64,000 bases of DNA from Promethearchaeota archaeon (GTDB taxonomy: Archaea > Asgardarchaeota > Heimdallarchaeia > Hodarchaeales > Hodarchaeaceae). Location of the stretch: the NCBI GenBank assembly GCA_048938105.1, contig JBHLMN010000012.1, forward strand, positions 128,001 through 192,000, in the 5' to 3' direction. This document shows positions 39,084 to 49,339 of this stretch, piece after piece (the first letter of the stretch is position 1; each line of letters starts with the position of its first letter). Made by a program: the position numbers and the translations under genes. The notes beneath the pieces were generated by a model. The model saw only the letters and a program-made list of their open reading frames with translations. It did no database searches and was not told the DNA's origin.

Positions 39084-39755
39084 TCATTCAGGAATATCTA
39101 TCTTCTCTATATAAGTATCTATATATCTTCGATTCCAAAAAGCACCGAAGCAGAAACTAGTTCCAAAAGTGAAGCCAAAAATTAAGCCTCCATAGAGGAA
39201 AAATTCGGGATCAATAAAATTCCCAAGTAACATGATTATTGCAGCAGAAAATGATACTATTGGAACCATGAGATAACCCTGTTTAGGTAAAATCTCTTCA
39301 TATTTCAAATAATATTTTTTATCTTGTACTAATGCTGTAAATCCACTTATAAGGGCAATCGTTGGAAAAGTTAGATATTGTAATTTAGCAAAGCTGAAAA
39401 AGATTACAGCTACTCCCATTATAAAGAAACTTCCAATTAGAAATAGGTTATTACTATTAATTCCTTTTTCTTGAGTTTTTCGACTGTATATGTTCGTGAG
39501 ATGACGATCAGAAAAACTTTGGATAATTAAACCTGAAACCATCGCTAGTATCCATGGTGTAATACTTGCAAGTCCAAAGAATTGCAAACTTGAAAACACG
39601 CCATCTAAGATCCCTGCACCTACCAAAAGTAATCCCCAGATAAGACGAGCCATACTATCCTTTTGAATCATAAATGTTTTCTCAAAAGCCTTTACTCGGT
39701 TCATATAATAGAGTAATTGTTTAATATCTGCAGGTGAAATTATGCTATTTTCCAT
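39084..39755 (-). CDS. Membrane protein (~6 TM)
   Basis: Hydrophobic segments; upstream of the wHTH gene and divergent from the ABC genes. Confidence 0.7.
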   Translation of the reverse strand: MENSIISPADIKQLLYYMNRVKAFEKTFMIQKDSMARLIWGLLLVGAGILDGVFSSLQFFGLASITPWILAMVSGLIIQSFSDRHLTNIYSRKTQEKGINSNNLFLIGSFFIMGVAVIFFSFAKLQYLTFPTIALISGFTALVQDKKYYLKYEEILPKQGYLMVPIVSFSAAIIMLLGNFIDPEFFLYGGLIFGFTFGTSFCFGAFWNRRYIDTYIEKIDIPE

Positions 39756-39918
39756 AGGAACATATATTCATTCTAAGTTTATATATGACCTACTAACTTT
39801 GAACCACAAAGTGGCTTGTTATTCAAACTTCTTGGCGTTACGGCTATTATTGCTATTATTTAAGGAGGGAAAAATTAGTACCAATCAGATTAAACAATTA
39901 GAAAAAACAAAATGAAAA

Positions 39919-40878
39919 ATGGGAATGAAACAGATGTCAATAATTATCGAAACAAATGGGCTTAGTAAAACCTTCAATGGTGTCCAAGCCCTAAAACCAT
40001 TAAATCTAAAGGTACGAAAAAACTCAATTTTTGGATTTCTTGGTCCAAACGGTGCTGGTAAGACCACCACGATGAAATTATTACTTGGACTTATCAAACC
40101 TACAAATGGTGGTGGTACTATCTTTGGTCATGATATTGTACAAGATAATATCAACATTCGAGCTCGTATTGGTTACTTACCACAAGATCTTAACATTAAA
40201 ACCCTTGAACATTTGAGTGCACGTGAATTACTCCGTTTTGCAGCCAAATTCTATTTTAAGGGTCCTAAAAAGATGATTGAAGATCGAGTACAAGAAATGC
40301 TTGATCTGGTAGGTCTAGCGGAGAAAGCTGATAGGCCAATTGCAGGTTTTTCTGGTGGAGAAGTTCAGCGTTTGGGGATCGCTCAAGCCCAAATCAATTA
40401 CCCTGATTTACTAATATTAGATGAACCAGCTGCTTCCCTTGACCCGATTGGTCGTCGTGATGTGCTTGAGGTTATGGAAAGGCTTCGTAAGTATACAACT
40501 ATTTTCTATAGCACTCATATTCTCGACGATGTGCAGAAAGTTAGTGATAGTGTTGCTATTCTTAACAAAGGGGAACTGATTGCTCAAGGATCTATTGAGG
40601 AGTTATTAGCTGGAAGTGAGGGGTTAATCTATAACATTAAAATCAGAGGTGACACTACTAAAGCTTACAATTACATTTCTGGCGAGCCTTGGATAAAAGA
40701 TATCAATATTCTTGAGAAGAATGGCTATACAACTTGGCAGATAGGAGTAACCGATGCTTCTCTTGCTGAACAAAATTTACTCAGACTCTTGCTCAAAGAT
40801 GAGCAATTAAGAGTCGTTGAATTTCAACAAAAGAGCTTTGAACTAGAAGATGTTTTCCTGAACTTAGTAGAAGGTTAA
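39919..40878 (+). CDS. ABC-2 exporter ATP-binding protein
   Basis: GPNGAGKTT, FSGGEVQR, LILDEP, STH. Confidence 0.95.
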   Translation: MGMKQMSIIIETNGLSKTFNGVQALKPLNLKVRKNSIFGFLGPNGAGKTTTMKLLLGLIKPTNGGGTIFGHDIVQDNINIRARIGYLPQDLNIKTLEHLSARELLRFAAKFYFKGPKKMIEDRVQEMLDLVGLAEKADRPIAGFSGGEVQRLGIAQAQINYPDLLILDEPAASLDPIGRRDVLEVMERLRKYTTIFYSTHILDDVQKVSDSVAILNKGELIAQGSIEELLAGSEGLIYNIKIRGDTTKAYNYISGEPWIKDINILEKNGYTTWQIGVTDASLAEQNLLRLLLKDEQLRVVEFQQKSFELEDVFLNLVEG

Positions 40879-40882
40879 GAAA

Positions 40883-41662
40883 ATGGTAACAAACTCAGAA
40901 TTTAATTTAAGAACAGTAAAAGGGTGGAGAACTGGTTTAAATAACCTATTATCTGCGGAATTTGGTCGTTGGGGAACCAAAGATTGGTATATTGCGATGG
41001 CCCTTTGGGTGGGGATTATTAACCTATCCCTTCTTGGGATGCTTTCTGGAATAGAAGATGTACCAGCTGCATTAATGGTACTAGGATTACTTGCTGGAAT
41101 GTTTCCAGTAATAAATGTCGTCATCTTATTGCAAGATGTTATTATTGGAGAAAAAGAAACTGGAACTGCTGGATGGATCCTTTCTAAGCCCGTTTCGCGT
41201 TCTGCATATATTCTTTCTAAACTAATAGGTAATGTTATCGGAATCGTTGTGAGCTTAGCCATAGTCCCTGGAATTGTAGCATATGCAATTTTCTATCTAG
41301 TTGGAGGAGTGTTACTACCTGTTGGTTCCTTCATTTTGGCAATTGCACTTCTCGCTCTCAGTTTGGTCTTCTTTTTAACCATGACCCTAATGTTAGGTAC
41401 TTTATTGGATAATAGAGGAGGAGTCATTGGGATTCCAATGTTACTTGGTCCTGGGTACATGTTATATTATAGTCTGCCTTTCTTATCAGTGATTCATCCG
41501 TTAGCCATGTTTTTTCCTTCAGGGAATGTCGATATTACTTTTTTTGGTGCTGTTGCATTAGGAAAGCCAGTAGGATCTTTGCTTCCGTTGTTTACGACCA
41601 TTCTAGGTATCGTTGTATTTACAATTGTAGCTCTGTGGCGTTTTAATCGTGAAGAGTTGTAA
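40883..41662 (+). CDS. ABC-2 permease
   Basis: GEKETGTAGWILSKPVSR..YILSK; six TM. Confidence 0.9.
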   Translation: MVTNSEFNLRTVKGWRTGLNNLLSAEFGRWGTKDWYIAMALWVGIINLSLLGMLSGIEDVPAALMVLGLLAGMFPVINVVILLQDVIIGEKETGTAGWILSKPVSRSAYILSKLIGNVIGIVVSLAIVPGIVAYAIFYLVGGVLLPVGSFILAIALLALSLVFFLTMTLMLGTLLDNRGGVIGIPMLLGPGYMLYYSLPFLSVIHPLAMFFPSGNVDITFFGAVALGKPVGSLLPLFTTILGIVVFTIVALWRFNREEL

Positions 41663-41712
41663 TTACCTTTACCACCTCCTTCCTTTTTTATTAAAATCTT
41701 GGTGAAAGAAAA

Positions 41713-42003
41713 TTGATACAATCAATCAAAATCCTTCGACCTAATCAAAAAATAAAACTAGTGCTTCTTTTCTGTTCATTAGGGTTTTCATCATTATTAT
41801 TTGCGATTTTTCTAAACGTCTTCAAGATTGGATTTATTTTTTCTGTGTTGTGTTGGATGATCACTGGTGTTATAGAATCGTCCTACAATCAAAAGGAGCT
41901 AGAGAATCCAGTATTATCTTTCTCCCCACAGAATTTTATTGTCATGAGTTCAGTTGGAATTGTGATTATTAGTCTTTTTACTATTCTTCTCTTTCTTCAT
42001 TAG
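41713..42003 (+). CDS. Small membrane protein
   Basis: Three hydrophobic segments; GGTGA SD. Confidence 0.55.
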   Translation: MIQSIKILRPNQKIKLVLLFCSLGFSSLLFAIFLNVFKIGFIFSVLCWMITGVIESSYNQKELENPVLSFSPQNFIVMSSVGIVIISLFTILLFLH

Positions 42004-42064
42004 CTGGTATATTTTTTACCTGTTATTGGCTCTTTTTATGGCAGATAGAAAGAGATATATTGCG

Positions 42065-42772
42065 CTAAATTGAAAATTTTGTTGTTTTGAATCTTTCTGG
42101 AACAATGACTTCTATTTCAGGTAACACTTTTTCCATAAGAACTTTGAACTGTTTAATATCTTGTTTGTTACCATGAATAGGTACTGTTATTTTTGGCTGC
42201 AAGTTCATGACCATTGCTAGTGCTACTGCTGGAGAGCATGTCGTGGCTGTACCAGTTGGAACAAATGTTATGTCAGCTGAGACGTCTTTATGTCGCCAAT
42301 AACCCGAATCACCCCCATGGAAGACTTTTATTCCCCCGAGATTCACAAGGTATTGGGTTATAGGACCTACATGAATTCCTCGAAGAGCTACTATTTCAAG
42401 ATTTGCCACTCGATATGTCTTTGCAGATGATCCTGAATCAGCCACAGTAATCATATTTGGAGGAACACTTGCTTTGAGTTCTTCTGAAGTAAGAATATCT
42501 GCCACAACATGAGTTCCAGTCTGTTTGATTATTTCTAAGGCTTCTTTATTTAGATAATGGTCCCAATGATTGTGAGTGAAAAAAAGAAGATCAAGCTGTT
42601 TAAGTACTGACACCTCTGGTTTTCCTAGACTCCTACTTGGGTCAAATGCGATTGTAATGTCTTTTGATCTTAAGATAACTCCGCTATATCCTAAAAAAAT
42701 GAATACAAATTCGTTTACATCTAATCCAAGCGAATATAATGTTTTTATTGCTTCAACTTTGCTCTGTACCAC
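42065..42772 (-). CDS. Metallo-beta-lactamase fold hydrolase (UlaG-like)
   Basis: THNHWDH, GIH, FHGGDS, PIH. Confidence 0.9.
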   Translation of the reverse strand: MVQSKVEAIKTLYSLGLDVNEFVFIFLGYSGVILRSKDITIAFDPSRSLGKPEVSVLKQLDLLFFTHNHWDHYLNKEALEIIKQTGTHVVADILTSEELKASVPPNMITVADSGSSAKTYRVANLEIVALRGIHVGPITQYLVNLGGIKVFHGGDSGYWRHKDVSADITFVPTGTATTCSPAVALAMVMNLQPKITVPIHGNKQDIKQFKVLMEKVLPEIEVIVPERFKTTKFSI

Positions 42773-42935
42773 TACTAATCCCTTGTTATTCTATAATCAA
42801 TATGGCTGTAAATTTTTGTTTGACTTTATTCATAAATACCTCTATTTCTTTATGATATTTCATTTACTGAGAAAGTGGAATAATTTCAAGAAAGTAAACT
42901 TAATATCTTTAGTATTTTTCTTAGAAAACTCCCAG

Positions 42936-43778
42936 TTATTGCTTTTGGCAACTAGGACACAAATAAATTTGTCCCCCACCAAAGCTCATTTTCTCAATTC
43001 CTGTTCCGCATTCAGGGCAATTTTTTCCTTTCATGTTTGGCCCCATTGCTGGAATATATTTTCCTTTCTTGGCATATATATCAATAAATTGGTTTTTACC
43101 TCCAAGTTTCATTCTCTCATGAATTAAGGCCTTAATAGCTTCATATAATGCTTTTGTCTCGTCCATATTTAGCTCTGATCCTTTCCTTTTTGGAAATAGT
43201 TTTGCTCTATAGATAATGTCCTGAAATGCACTGTTTGATATACCAACCAGGATAGCATCCTTTCCAACTAGAATTCCCTTTAAATTCCTATTTAGAGCGC
43301 TTAATTCTTTAGAAAAACGTTCAAATGTGAATTCATTTTCAATTGGTGATATACCTCGTAAAAAGTCTCTTTTATACATGTAAGAGTTAACCAGTTCATC
43401 ATTCTTAAGCGCAAGAATACATCCCATGCTTTTTATTCGCACTGTCAATGATGTATCATCACTGAATTGAATTTTCAGGTGATAATTCTTTGATATTCCT
43501 TTTTCATCCTTATGGTATAGAATTTCTCCTCCGTATTCAGGAGCAATTAGTAAATTTATGTTATTTTCTAATTCAACATGAATCACATTCCCCCTCGCTT
43601 TGATTGATGTGATTTTTCCCTTTAATAACTGATCAAAATCTTTAATATTCTTATTCAGAAAACCGACCTTTTGCATTCGTTCATAATTCTGTAAGTGGTA
43701 AGATTCTATTTGTTTTCCGATTAAAAGCTCTTTCATCTGGTCAGCAAGAATTAAAGCCTCTACTAGTTCAATACTCAT
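42936..43778 (-). CDS. Fpg/Nei-family DNA glycosylase-like protein (H2TH plus zinc finger), lacking the canonical N-terminal Pro
   Basis: MSIELVE start, RGN, GISN...DIIYRAKLFP, CPECG...CPSCQ. Confidence 0.85.
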   Translation of the reverse strand: MSIELVEALILADQMKELLIGKQIESYHLQNYERMQKVGFLNKNIKDFDQLLKGKITSIKARGNVIHVELENNINLLIAPEYGGEILYHKDEKGISKNYHLKIQFSDDTSLTVRIKSMGCILALKNDELVNSYMYKRDFLRGISPIENEFTFERFSKELSALNRNLKGILVGKDAILVGISNSAFQDIIYRAKLFPKRKGSELNMDETKALYEAIKALIHERMKLGGKNQFIDIYAKKGKYIPAMGPNMKGKNCPECGTGIEKMSFGGGQIYLCPSCQKQ

Positions 43779-43926
43779 AATTAAATTGACCCTCTGTTAA
43801 TTGAAGCTGTTCATCTTTTGCTATTGCAGCTGGACCTGCTAATTTAAATGATAAATATGTCTTTTGAAGGTATAGAATGAGAGATAATTGACTTGAAAAA
43901 TATTTCTTTTAGGATGTTTTTAGGAG

Positions 43927-44583
43927 ATGCAAGTACACATAACACCTGATTTAAAAAGAGTATATCCAGAATCGTCATTCGGGAGTCTAATCGTAAGAAA
44001 TATACCGAATAGGAAGATTCATGAAGCATTGGAAGAGATTAAGCGAGACTTAGAGAGAAGTATAAGAGAAGAATATGAAGAAGTGGACAATGACAGCATG
44101 ATACAGAATTACAATTCTTATTTCAAGAAGTGGAACAAAATATATCCCATAGAGTACCAGATTAAAACAATAAGAAGTGGGGGAAAGTTTCCTCAAGTTT
44201 CTGTGCTAGTTGATAGCATGTTTGTTGCAGAGCTGTTTAATAGAATTTTAACCTCAGGACATGATCTTGAAGAAATCCACGGGGATTTAACATTCGATAT
44301 CTCAAGAGAAGGGGAACGTTATCTTAAGTTAAATGGTCAGGAACAGAAATTGAAGAAGAATGATGTGGTTCTTAGAGATAACGAGGGACTACTTGCATGT
44401 ATTCTGTATGGACCAGCAAGAAGAACATCTATAACGCTCAAGACCAAGGATGCTCTTTATTTCGCTTGGTGCCCCTATATGACCGATGAAGAGCTTATCA
44501 TGTCTCATTTGAAGAAAATCTACGAAAATTTGAGTAGTGTGTTTGAATCTGTATTCTCTGAAAGTCAATTGATTCGATCCTAA
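43927..44583 (+). CDS. B3/B4 domain protein (PheRS beta editing-like)
   Basis: FPQVSVLVD, SGHDL..I.G.L, D.EG....ILYGP..RT. Confidence 0.8.
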   Translation: MQVHITPDLKRVYPESSFGSLIVRNIPNRKIHEALEEIKRDLERSIREEYEEVDNDSMIQNYNSYFKKWNKIYPIEYQIKTIRSGGKFPQVSVLVDSMFVAELFNRILTSGHDLEEIHGDLTFDISREGERYLKLNGQEQKLKKNDVVLRDNEGLLACILYGPARRTSITLKTKDALYFAWCPYMTDEELIMSHLKKIYENLSSVFESVFSESQLIRS

Positions 44584-44741
44584 TTGAACTCTTTCTGCTA
44601 TGTGATTGAACGATCTTTACTGGCACTATTTCAAGTTATAATATTCCAATATAGGGCAGAAGTAACTGTCATCTAAAGCTATATAATCGAGATATTCTGT
44701 TATGACATAATAGTTACCAAAATTTTCCCAGACGGATTGAG

Positions 44742-45560
44742 ATGGAATCCTATATTGTCTGTAAATTGTGTGGGGAAAAAAATAGTACAAATTTTTCTTT
44801 TTGTAAAAAATGTGGTTCAGAACTTCCCATAACGGAAATTTTCCGCCCTTTTCCTGATCAAGAACTTCCAGATGTGCTCGATCGTGAGGAGAGAGAGTTT
44901 ACTGAAATTTCTTTTAATATTGAGAAGTCAGGTTCTATTGAGGAGATCTATAGAATCACCTATCCTGATGATCGTGTTTTCATCATTGCACGAAGATCTG
45001 CTCGTAATCGAATTGGAATTTATGCTTTCTTTGGAATTACTTTTGTAGTAATTGCATTATGGGGGATATTCTATAGCTTCGTTGACTCTCCTGACTTTGG
45101 TGAAGCTTTTGTTAATTACTTGATCTCAGGTGTAATTCAAATTTTTCTCATTCTCAGTTTAATGGTAATAATTAATTTTTATAGAGGTTTACGTCGTATT
45201 ACTGTTTATAACGAAAACGAAATGGTGATTGGAAGAATTAGAGGCAATCTTTTTTTCACTCGATGGCGGGTCTCAGAATTATCGAGAATAAACAATGCAA
45301 CATTTCGATTTGGTCTCTTTCGTTCAACAGGGGAAATGAAAACATCTTTTGGATCTTTCTCCGTGGATGTAACTAGAGAAACCACTTCTGTGAATGATAT
45401 GAATGGTGAGCTTTGTTTTTCTGTCCGTTCTCTAGATTCTATCTATGTACGGAGGAGATTTCAGATTGATTCAAAAGCCAAATTAGATCCTTTATTGATC
45501 TGTTTAGCGTCAATCTGTATTATTGAACGGATGTTTCGACCAAAAGCTGAACCTGACTGA
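44742..45560 (+). CDS. Zinc-ribbon + 2 TM + LURP/Tubby/scramblase-like beta domain protein
   Basis: CKLCG...CKKCG; two TM; VYNENEMVIGRIRGNLF...LDPLLICLASICIE terminal helix. Confidence 0.6.
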   Translation: MESYIVCKLCGEKNSTNFSFCKKCGSELPITEIFRPFPDQELPDVLDREEREFTEISFNIEKSGSIEEIYRITYPDDRVFIIARRSARNRIGIYAFFGITFVVIALWGIFYSFVDSPDFGEAFVNYLISGVIQIFLILSLMVIINFYRGLRRITVYNENEMVIGRIRGNLFFTRWRVSELSRINNATFRFGLFRSTGEMKTSFGSFSVDVTRETTSVNDMNGELCFSVRSLDSIYVRRRFQIDSKAKLDPLLICLASICIIERMFRPKAEPD

Positions 45561-45724
45561 TGATCTTATTTTCAAGTGGGAACTGGTAAAGGTAACAATA
45601 CGAAAGTAGTTGCAGAGCAGGTTAAACCTGATGAAAAAGTTTTATCTTATCATATGAATTATAGAAAAGATTTGGAAATCTAATTTCCAGTCATCTAGAA
45701 AGTCTAAAGCACTACACTCATCTT

Positions 45725-46561
45725 TCATTCTATTAATGGAAAAATCTCGTATAATTCTTTTGCTCTTGCGATATTATTTAATATATCAGTCTTATTGGGG
45801 GGTGTTGTTTCTTCTTTTGCTGCAATTCGTGTTAACCGCTTATGTAATTCGTCTGGGTCGCTTTTTGCTAGTTTCTCTACTCCCGTTATACCTGCTTCAT
45901 GATATTTCATTGCTAATATTTTTCCAATATACATTAATCGCATTAAATCAGCATATTCTACTAGTGTTTGCAGAGTTTCTGAATCTATCCCTATTTTTTG
46001 AGTTAATGTCTCTCTTGCTTCTCTAGAAGCAGTTCTGTCCAATAAATTCCATGTATTTTTTATATTCACGTTTTTTAGTTTTTCTATCAAGTTATCATCA
46101 ATTATATGGTCTGGTAATTTTTTGAATGAATGCTTCTGTGGATGAAGGGATCGTATTTTACGCATAAATCCTAATAATTGCCTAGAAGAATCTTCATGGC
46201 GTTCTAGTATTGGTTGAACTTTCTTTCGAGTCCTTACAACTTGTAATATTTGAGTTGTATTGATTAATCCTTCCCTCTGCAAAATACGTAAGATTTCATT
46301 CAAATGAGGGGTAAAAAGTTGATATTCTTCTCTTCTCATTCGTTGAAACATCGCATTTAGGTCTTCAAGGGTGTATTCTACTTCAGAATGGAATTTTTTA
46401 CGCAATAGACAACACTCAGTGAAAAATTGGAATTCATTACCAAAAAATCTGTGAGATTGGAATACAGTCTCATTCCTCAATCTTAAGTTTTTTAAAGGGA
46501 TGTTAGAAATATATAACATAATGTTAGAAATAATTAACAAATCATCCTGGTGAACATACAA
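45725..46561 (-). CDS. DUF4332-like helix-hairpin-helix protein; true start probably downstream of 46561
   Basis: ADLMRLMYIG......EAGITGVEKLAKSDPDEL; listed start overlaps the divergent ABC gene. Confidence 0.7.
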   Translation of the reverse strand: MYVHQDDLLIISNIMLYISNIPLKNLRLRNETVFQSHRFFGNEFQFFTECCLLRKKFHSEVEYTLEDLNAMFQRMRREEYQLFTPHLNEILRILQREGLINTTQILQVVRTRKKVQPILERHEDSSRQLLGFMRKIRSLHPQKHSFKKLPDHIIDDNLIEKLKNVNIKNTWNLLDRTASREARETLTQKIGIDSETLQTLVEYADLMRLMYIGKILAMKYHEAGITGVEKLAKSDPDELHKRLTRIAAKEETTPPNKTDILNNIARAKELYEIFPLIE

Positions 46562-47287
46562 TTGATTGAAGCCATTGACCTCACTCGAAAATATAATGGT
46601 TTCACTGCTCTAAAAGATATCAACTTTCATGTTGGAGTCGGTGAAGTTTTTGCCTATCTAGGCCCTAATGGTGCTGGTAAAACTACTACTGTAAATATAT
46701 TTGTTACATTGTTAACACCTACATATGGTAAGGCGACTGTTGCAGGCTATAATGTTGCGACAGAGGGAGAAAAGATTAGGCCATTGATAGGTTATGTCCC
46801 CGAGGATTTCGGTCTTTATCCTAGTTTAACAATTAGTGAAAATCTCGATTTTACTGGACGTTTGTATAAAATCACTAAAGCTAAAAGGAAAGGGACAATT
46901 GAGGAATTAATCGATTTTTTCGACCTTTGGGAAAAAAAAGACACTCCTATTTCAACTCTCTCAAAAGGTACGAAACAAAAAGTAAATCTAGCTAGAGCCT
47001 TAATGCATAATCCAAAGATTCTCTTTTTAGATGAACCTACATCAGGCCTTGATCCTCTCATGGCAAAGGAAGTCCTAAATTTAATCCGTAAACTAAAAAA
47101 AGAGAATAGAACTATATTAATGACGACTCATCTTTTGAATCGGGCAGAAAAAGTCTGTGATTCGGTCGCGCTCATTTCTAAAGGTGAGATTCTCTGTGAG
47201 GGGAAAATTCCCCAAGTCAAAAGTAAATTAAAAACCTCTTCACTAGAAGATGTATATTTCGCAATAGTAGGTGAGAATCATGATTGA
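46550..47287 (+). CDS. ABC exporter ATP-binding protein
   Basis: GPNGAGKTT, LSKGTKQK, FLDEPTSGLDP, TTH. Confidence 0.95.
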   Translation: MNIQLIEAIDLTRKYNGFTALKDINFHVGVGEVFAYLGPNGAGKTTTVNIFVTLLTPTYGKATVAGYNVATEGEKIRPLIGYVPEDFGLYPSLTISENLDFTGRLYKITKAKRKGTIEELIDFFDLWEKKDTPISTLSKGTKQKVNLARALMHNPKILFLDEPTSGLDPLMAKEVLNLIRKLKKENRTILMTTHLLNRAEKVCDSVALISKGEILCEGKIPQVKSKLKTSSLEDVYFAIVGENHD

Positions 47288-47963
47288 TATGGCAGTAACA
47301 ATTTGTAAGAAGGAATTAAAAATCCGTTTCGGGTCAAAACGAGTTCTTCTACCAATGTTGTTCTCGATTGGACTACCAATGTTAGTATTTCTCCCTAGAT
47401 TACAAGAATCTTTTTCTCAAATTGGACCTGAGAGTGAATATTTCCGCTTTTTATTCTTCTTGATCCTTCCTGTTATGGTGACGACTCTAGTTGGTATCAA
47501 TACCTTCATCAATGAAATAAGGTGGAAAACAATTAAACCTCTGCTTGTGGCTCCAATCTCTGAGGAAGAGATTTTTTTAGGGAAAAGTATGGCTTGTATC
47601 GTTGTAGGATTAGTTACAGAAGCGTTATTGTCAGGGGTGATTCTTTTCTCTCTAAACTCGGTAGATGAATCAGTAATCTTTTTGTTAATCGCAATTGGGC
47701 CTCTTTCAGTGATTTTTACTACTTTCATTTTCACAATCGGAACATCAAGGTTTCCTGCGATTGCAGAAGGAGGTGGAGCTATCTTGATGCCTATGGGCGG
47801 ATTATTAATTATTTTTATAATATTTTTATTACTAGGGTTTTTTCATATAAGTACAATCTATGTTTATACCATTTTAACATTGATCCTAGCAACCTTTGTC
47901 GTCGTGGGCTATTTTTTAGCAAAGAGATGGTTTAGTCGGGAGCTATTAGTTCTTAGTGTATAA
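47271..47963 (+). CDS. ABC-2 permease
   Basis: EIRWKTIKPLLVAPISEEEIFLGK; six TM. Confidence 0.85.
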   Translation: MRIMIDMAVTICKKELKIRFGSKRVLLPMLFSIGLPMLVFLPRLQESFSQIGPESEYFRFLFFLILPVMVTTLVGINTFINEIRWKTIKPLLVAPISEEEIFLGKSMACIVVGLVTEALLSGVILFSLNSVDESVIFLLIAIGPLSVIFTTFIFTIGTSRFPAIAEGGGAILMPMGGLLIIFIIFLLLGFFHISTIYVYTILTLILATFVVVGYFLAKRWFSRELLVLSV

Positions 47964-47975
47964 GAGGTTGAAAAT

Positions 47976-48395
47976 ATGTCAATGAAAGCTCAAAAGCAAA
48001 AATCGTTTCGTTTAATAGTTCCTGCATTGATAGGGATCACTATTATTTCGATAGCTGTCTTAGGGATTTTTACACAAGATGATATATTTTATCAGTTGTT
48101 GAGTGGTTTTCTTGTCATTCCTGGTGCGATAATCCTACTCTATTCGTTAAGGGAGTTCAAAAATCGACTACTAGGAAAAGCTATTATCAAACACGATGAG
48201 AGATCTGAACGAAACAGATTAAAAGCCGCTGATTTAGGATTTAGATTTCTTCTTGTCTCTCTACTGATCTTGATTCTTCTTGATGCTATGAATGTGATTA
48301 ATGAAATTATCTTTATTGCTGTGACGGGGCCTATAATTGCTGTCGGAGTTACACTGTATTATATTGGTTATTATTGGTTCGAACAGAGAGGCTGA
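47976..48395 (+). CDS. DUF2178-like membrane protein
   Basis: HDER...KA motif between TM pairs; precedes an XRE regulator. Confidence 0.7.
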   Translation: MSMKAQKQKSFRLIVPALIGITIISIAVLGIFTQDDIFYQLLSGFLVIPGAIILLYSLREFKNRLLGKAIIKHDERSERNRLKAADLGFRFLLVSLLILILLDAMNVINEIIFIAVTGPIIAVGVTLYYIGYYWFEQRG

Positions 48396-48406
48396 GAGGA
48401 ACTCTC

Positions 48407-48607
48407 ATGAAAACACGAATTAAAGAGTATAGAGCACGTGATGATTTAACTCAGAAGGAACTCGCTGACAAAGTAGGTGTGAGAAGAGAAACTATTGTGT
48501 TTCTAGAGAAAGGAAAATATAATCCTTCTCTTAAACTCGCATATAAAATTGCAAAGGTTTTTAATGCGTCAATTGAGACTTTATTTGTCTTTGAAAACGA
48601 AGAATGA
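48407..48607 (+). CDS. XRE/Cro-family HTH regulator
   Basis: [32 protein letters not shown]; ATG 48407 after GAGG. Confidence 0.92.
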   Translation: MKTRIKEYRARDDLTQKELADKVGVRRETIVFLEKGKYNPSLKLAYKIAKVFNASIETLFVFENEE

Positions 48608-48769
48608 GGTTTATATTCAGAAAGGAATTTAACAGTTTTCAGATCTTTCTTCTTTAGATTGAAACAAAATCCAAGAATCTTAAATATCTTTGGAAGGTTC
48701 TTGCATGCATCTAAAGGATTTTTATTGACACCCAACAGACATTTTCTAAAAGACTGAGATGATGTATCT

Positions 48770-49234
48770 TTGGTCGGAGATGTCGGTAATAAAAAGGAAA
48801 ATGTAGATGCAGCTAGAACTAAATTTCAAACCTTTTTCATTTCAACTGGATTATCGTGTCTCATCATATGTATTCTTCTTTTAATTAGTACCGTTTTCAT
48901 GCGGAATTTCAATGAATTCTTTATTACTACTTTAATGAGTGCAATTTTGTTTGGTTTTGCATTGTTTTTTGAATGGCATGGTTATTATCTTCTCCCCAAA
49001 GGTTCTGACGTGAAACGTGCCTTTTTTGGCAATCCTCTTTTATTTCAGGTTATAAGAATAATTTACTCTGTCCCCTATCTCCTATTATGCTATAATGGGT
49101 TGATTATCGCTGGTGGGTTCAATATCAATCTCTTTATCGTATTTTTTCTCTTATTTTTCCCCTATGTTATTAGTAGAGCTACTTGGAGATGGACACGGTT
49201 ACAAAATTGGCTAAGAAGTCTTGATACGTTTTAA
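48770..49234 (+). CDS. Membrane protein (4 TM), unknown function
   Basis: Hydrophobic segments only. Confidence 0.6.
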   Translation: MVGDVGNKKENVDAARTKFQTFFISTGLSCLIICILLLISTVFMRNFNEFFITTLMSAILFGFALFFEWHGYYLLPKGSDVKRAFFGNPLLFQVIRIIYSVPYLLLCYNGLIIAGGFNINLFIVFFLLFFPYVISRATWRWTRLQNWLRSLDTF

Positions 49235-49339
49235 TTACAGATTTAATAAAGTTGATATGCTCTGATCCAATCTTCTAAATTACGAAACGAACATCAAAAC
49301 ATTAATGAACAATTGTTAACTAAATTAATTTGAAGAAAA

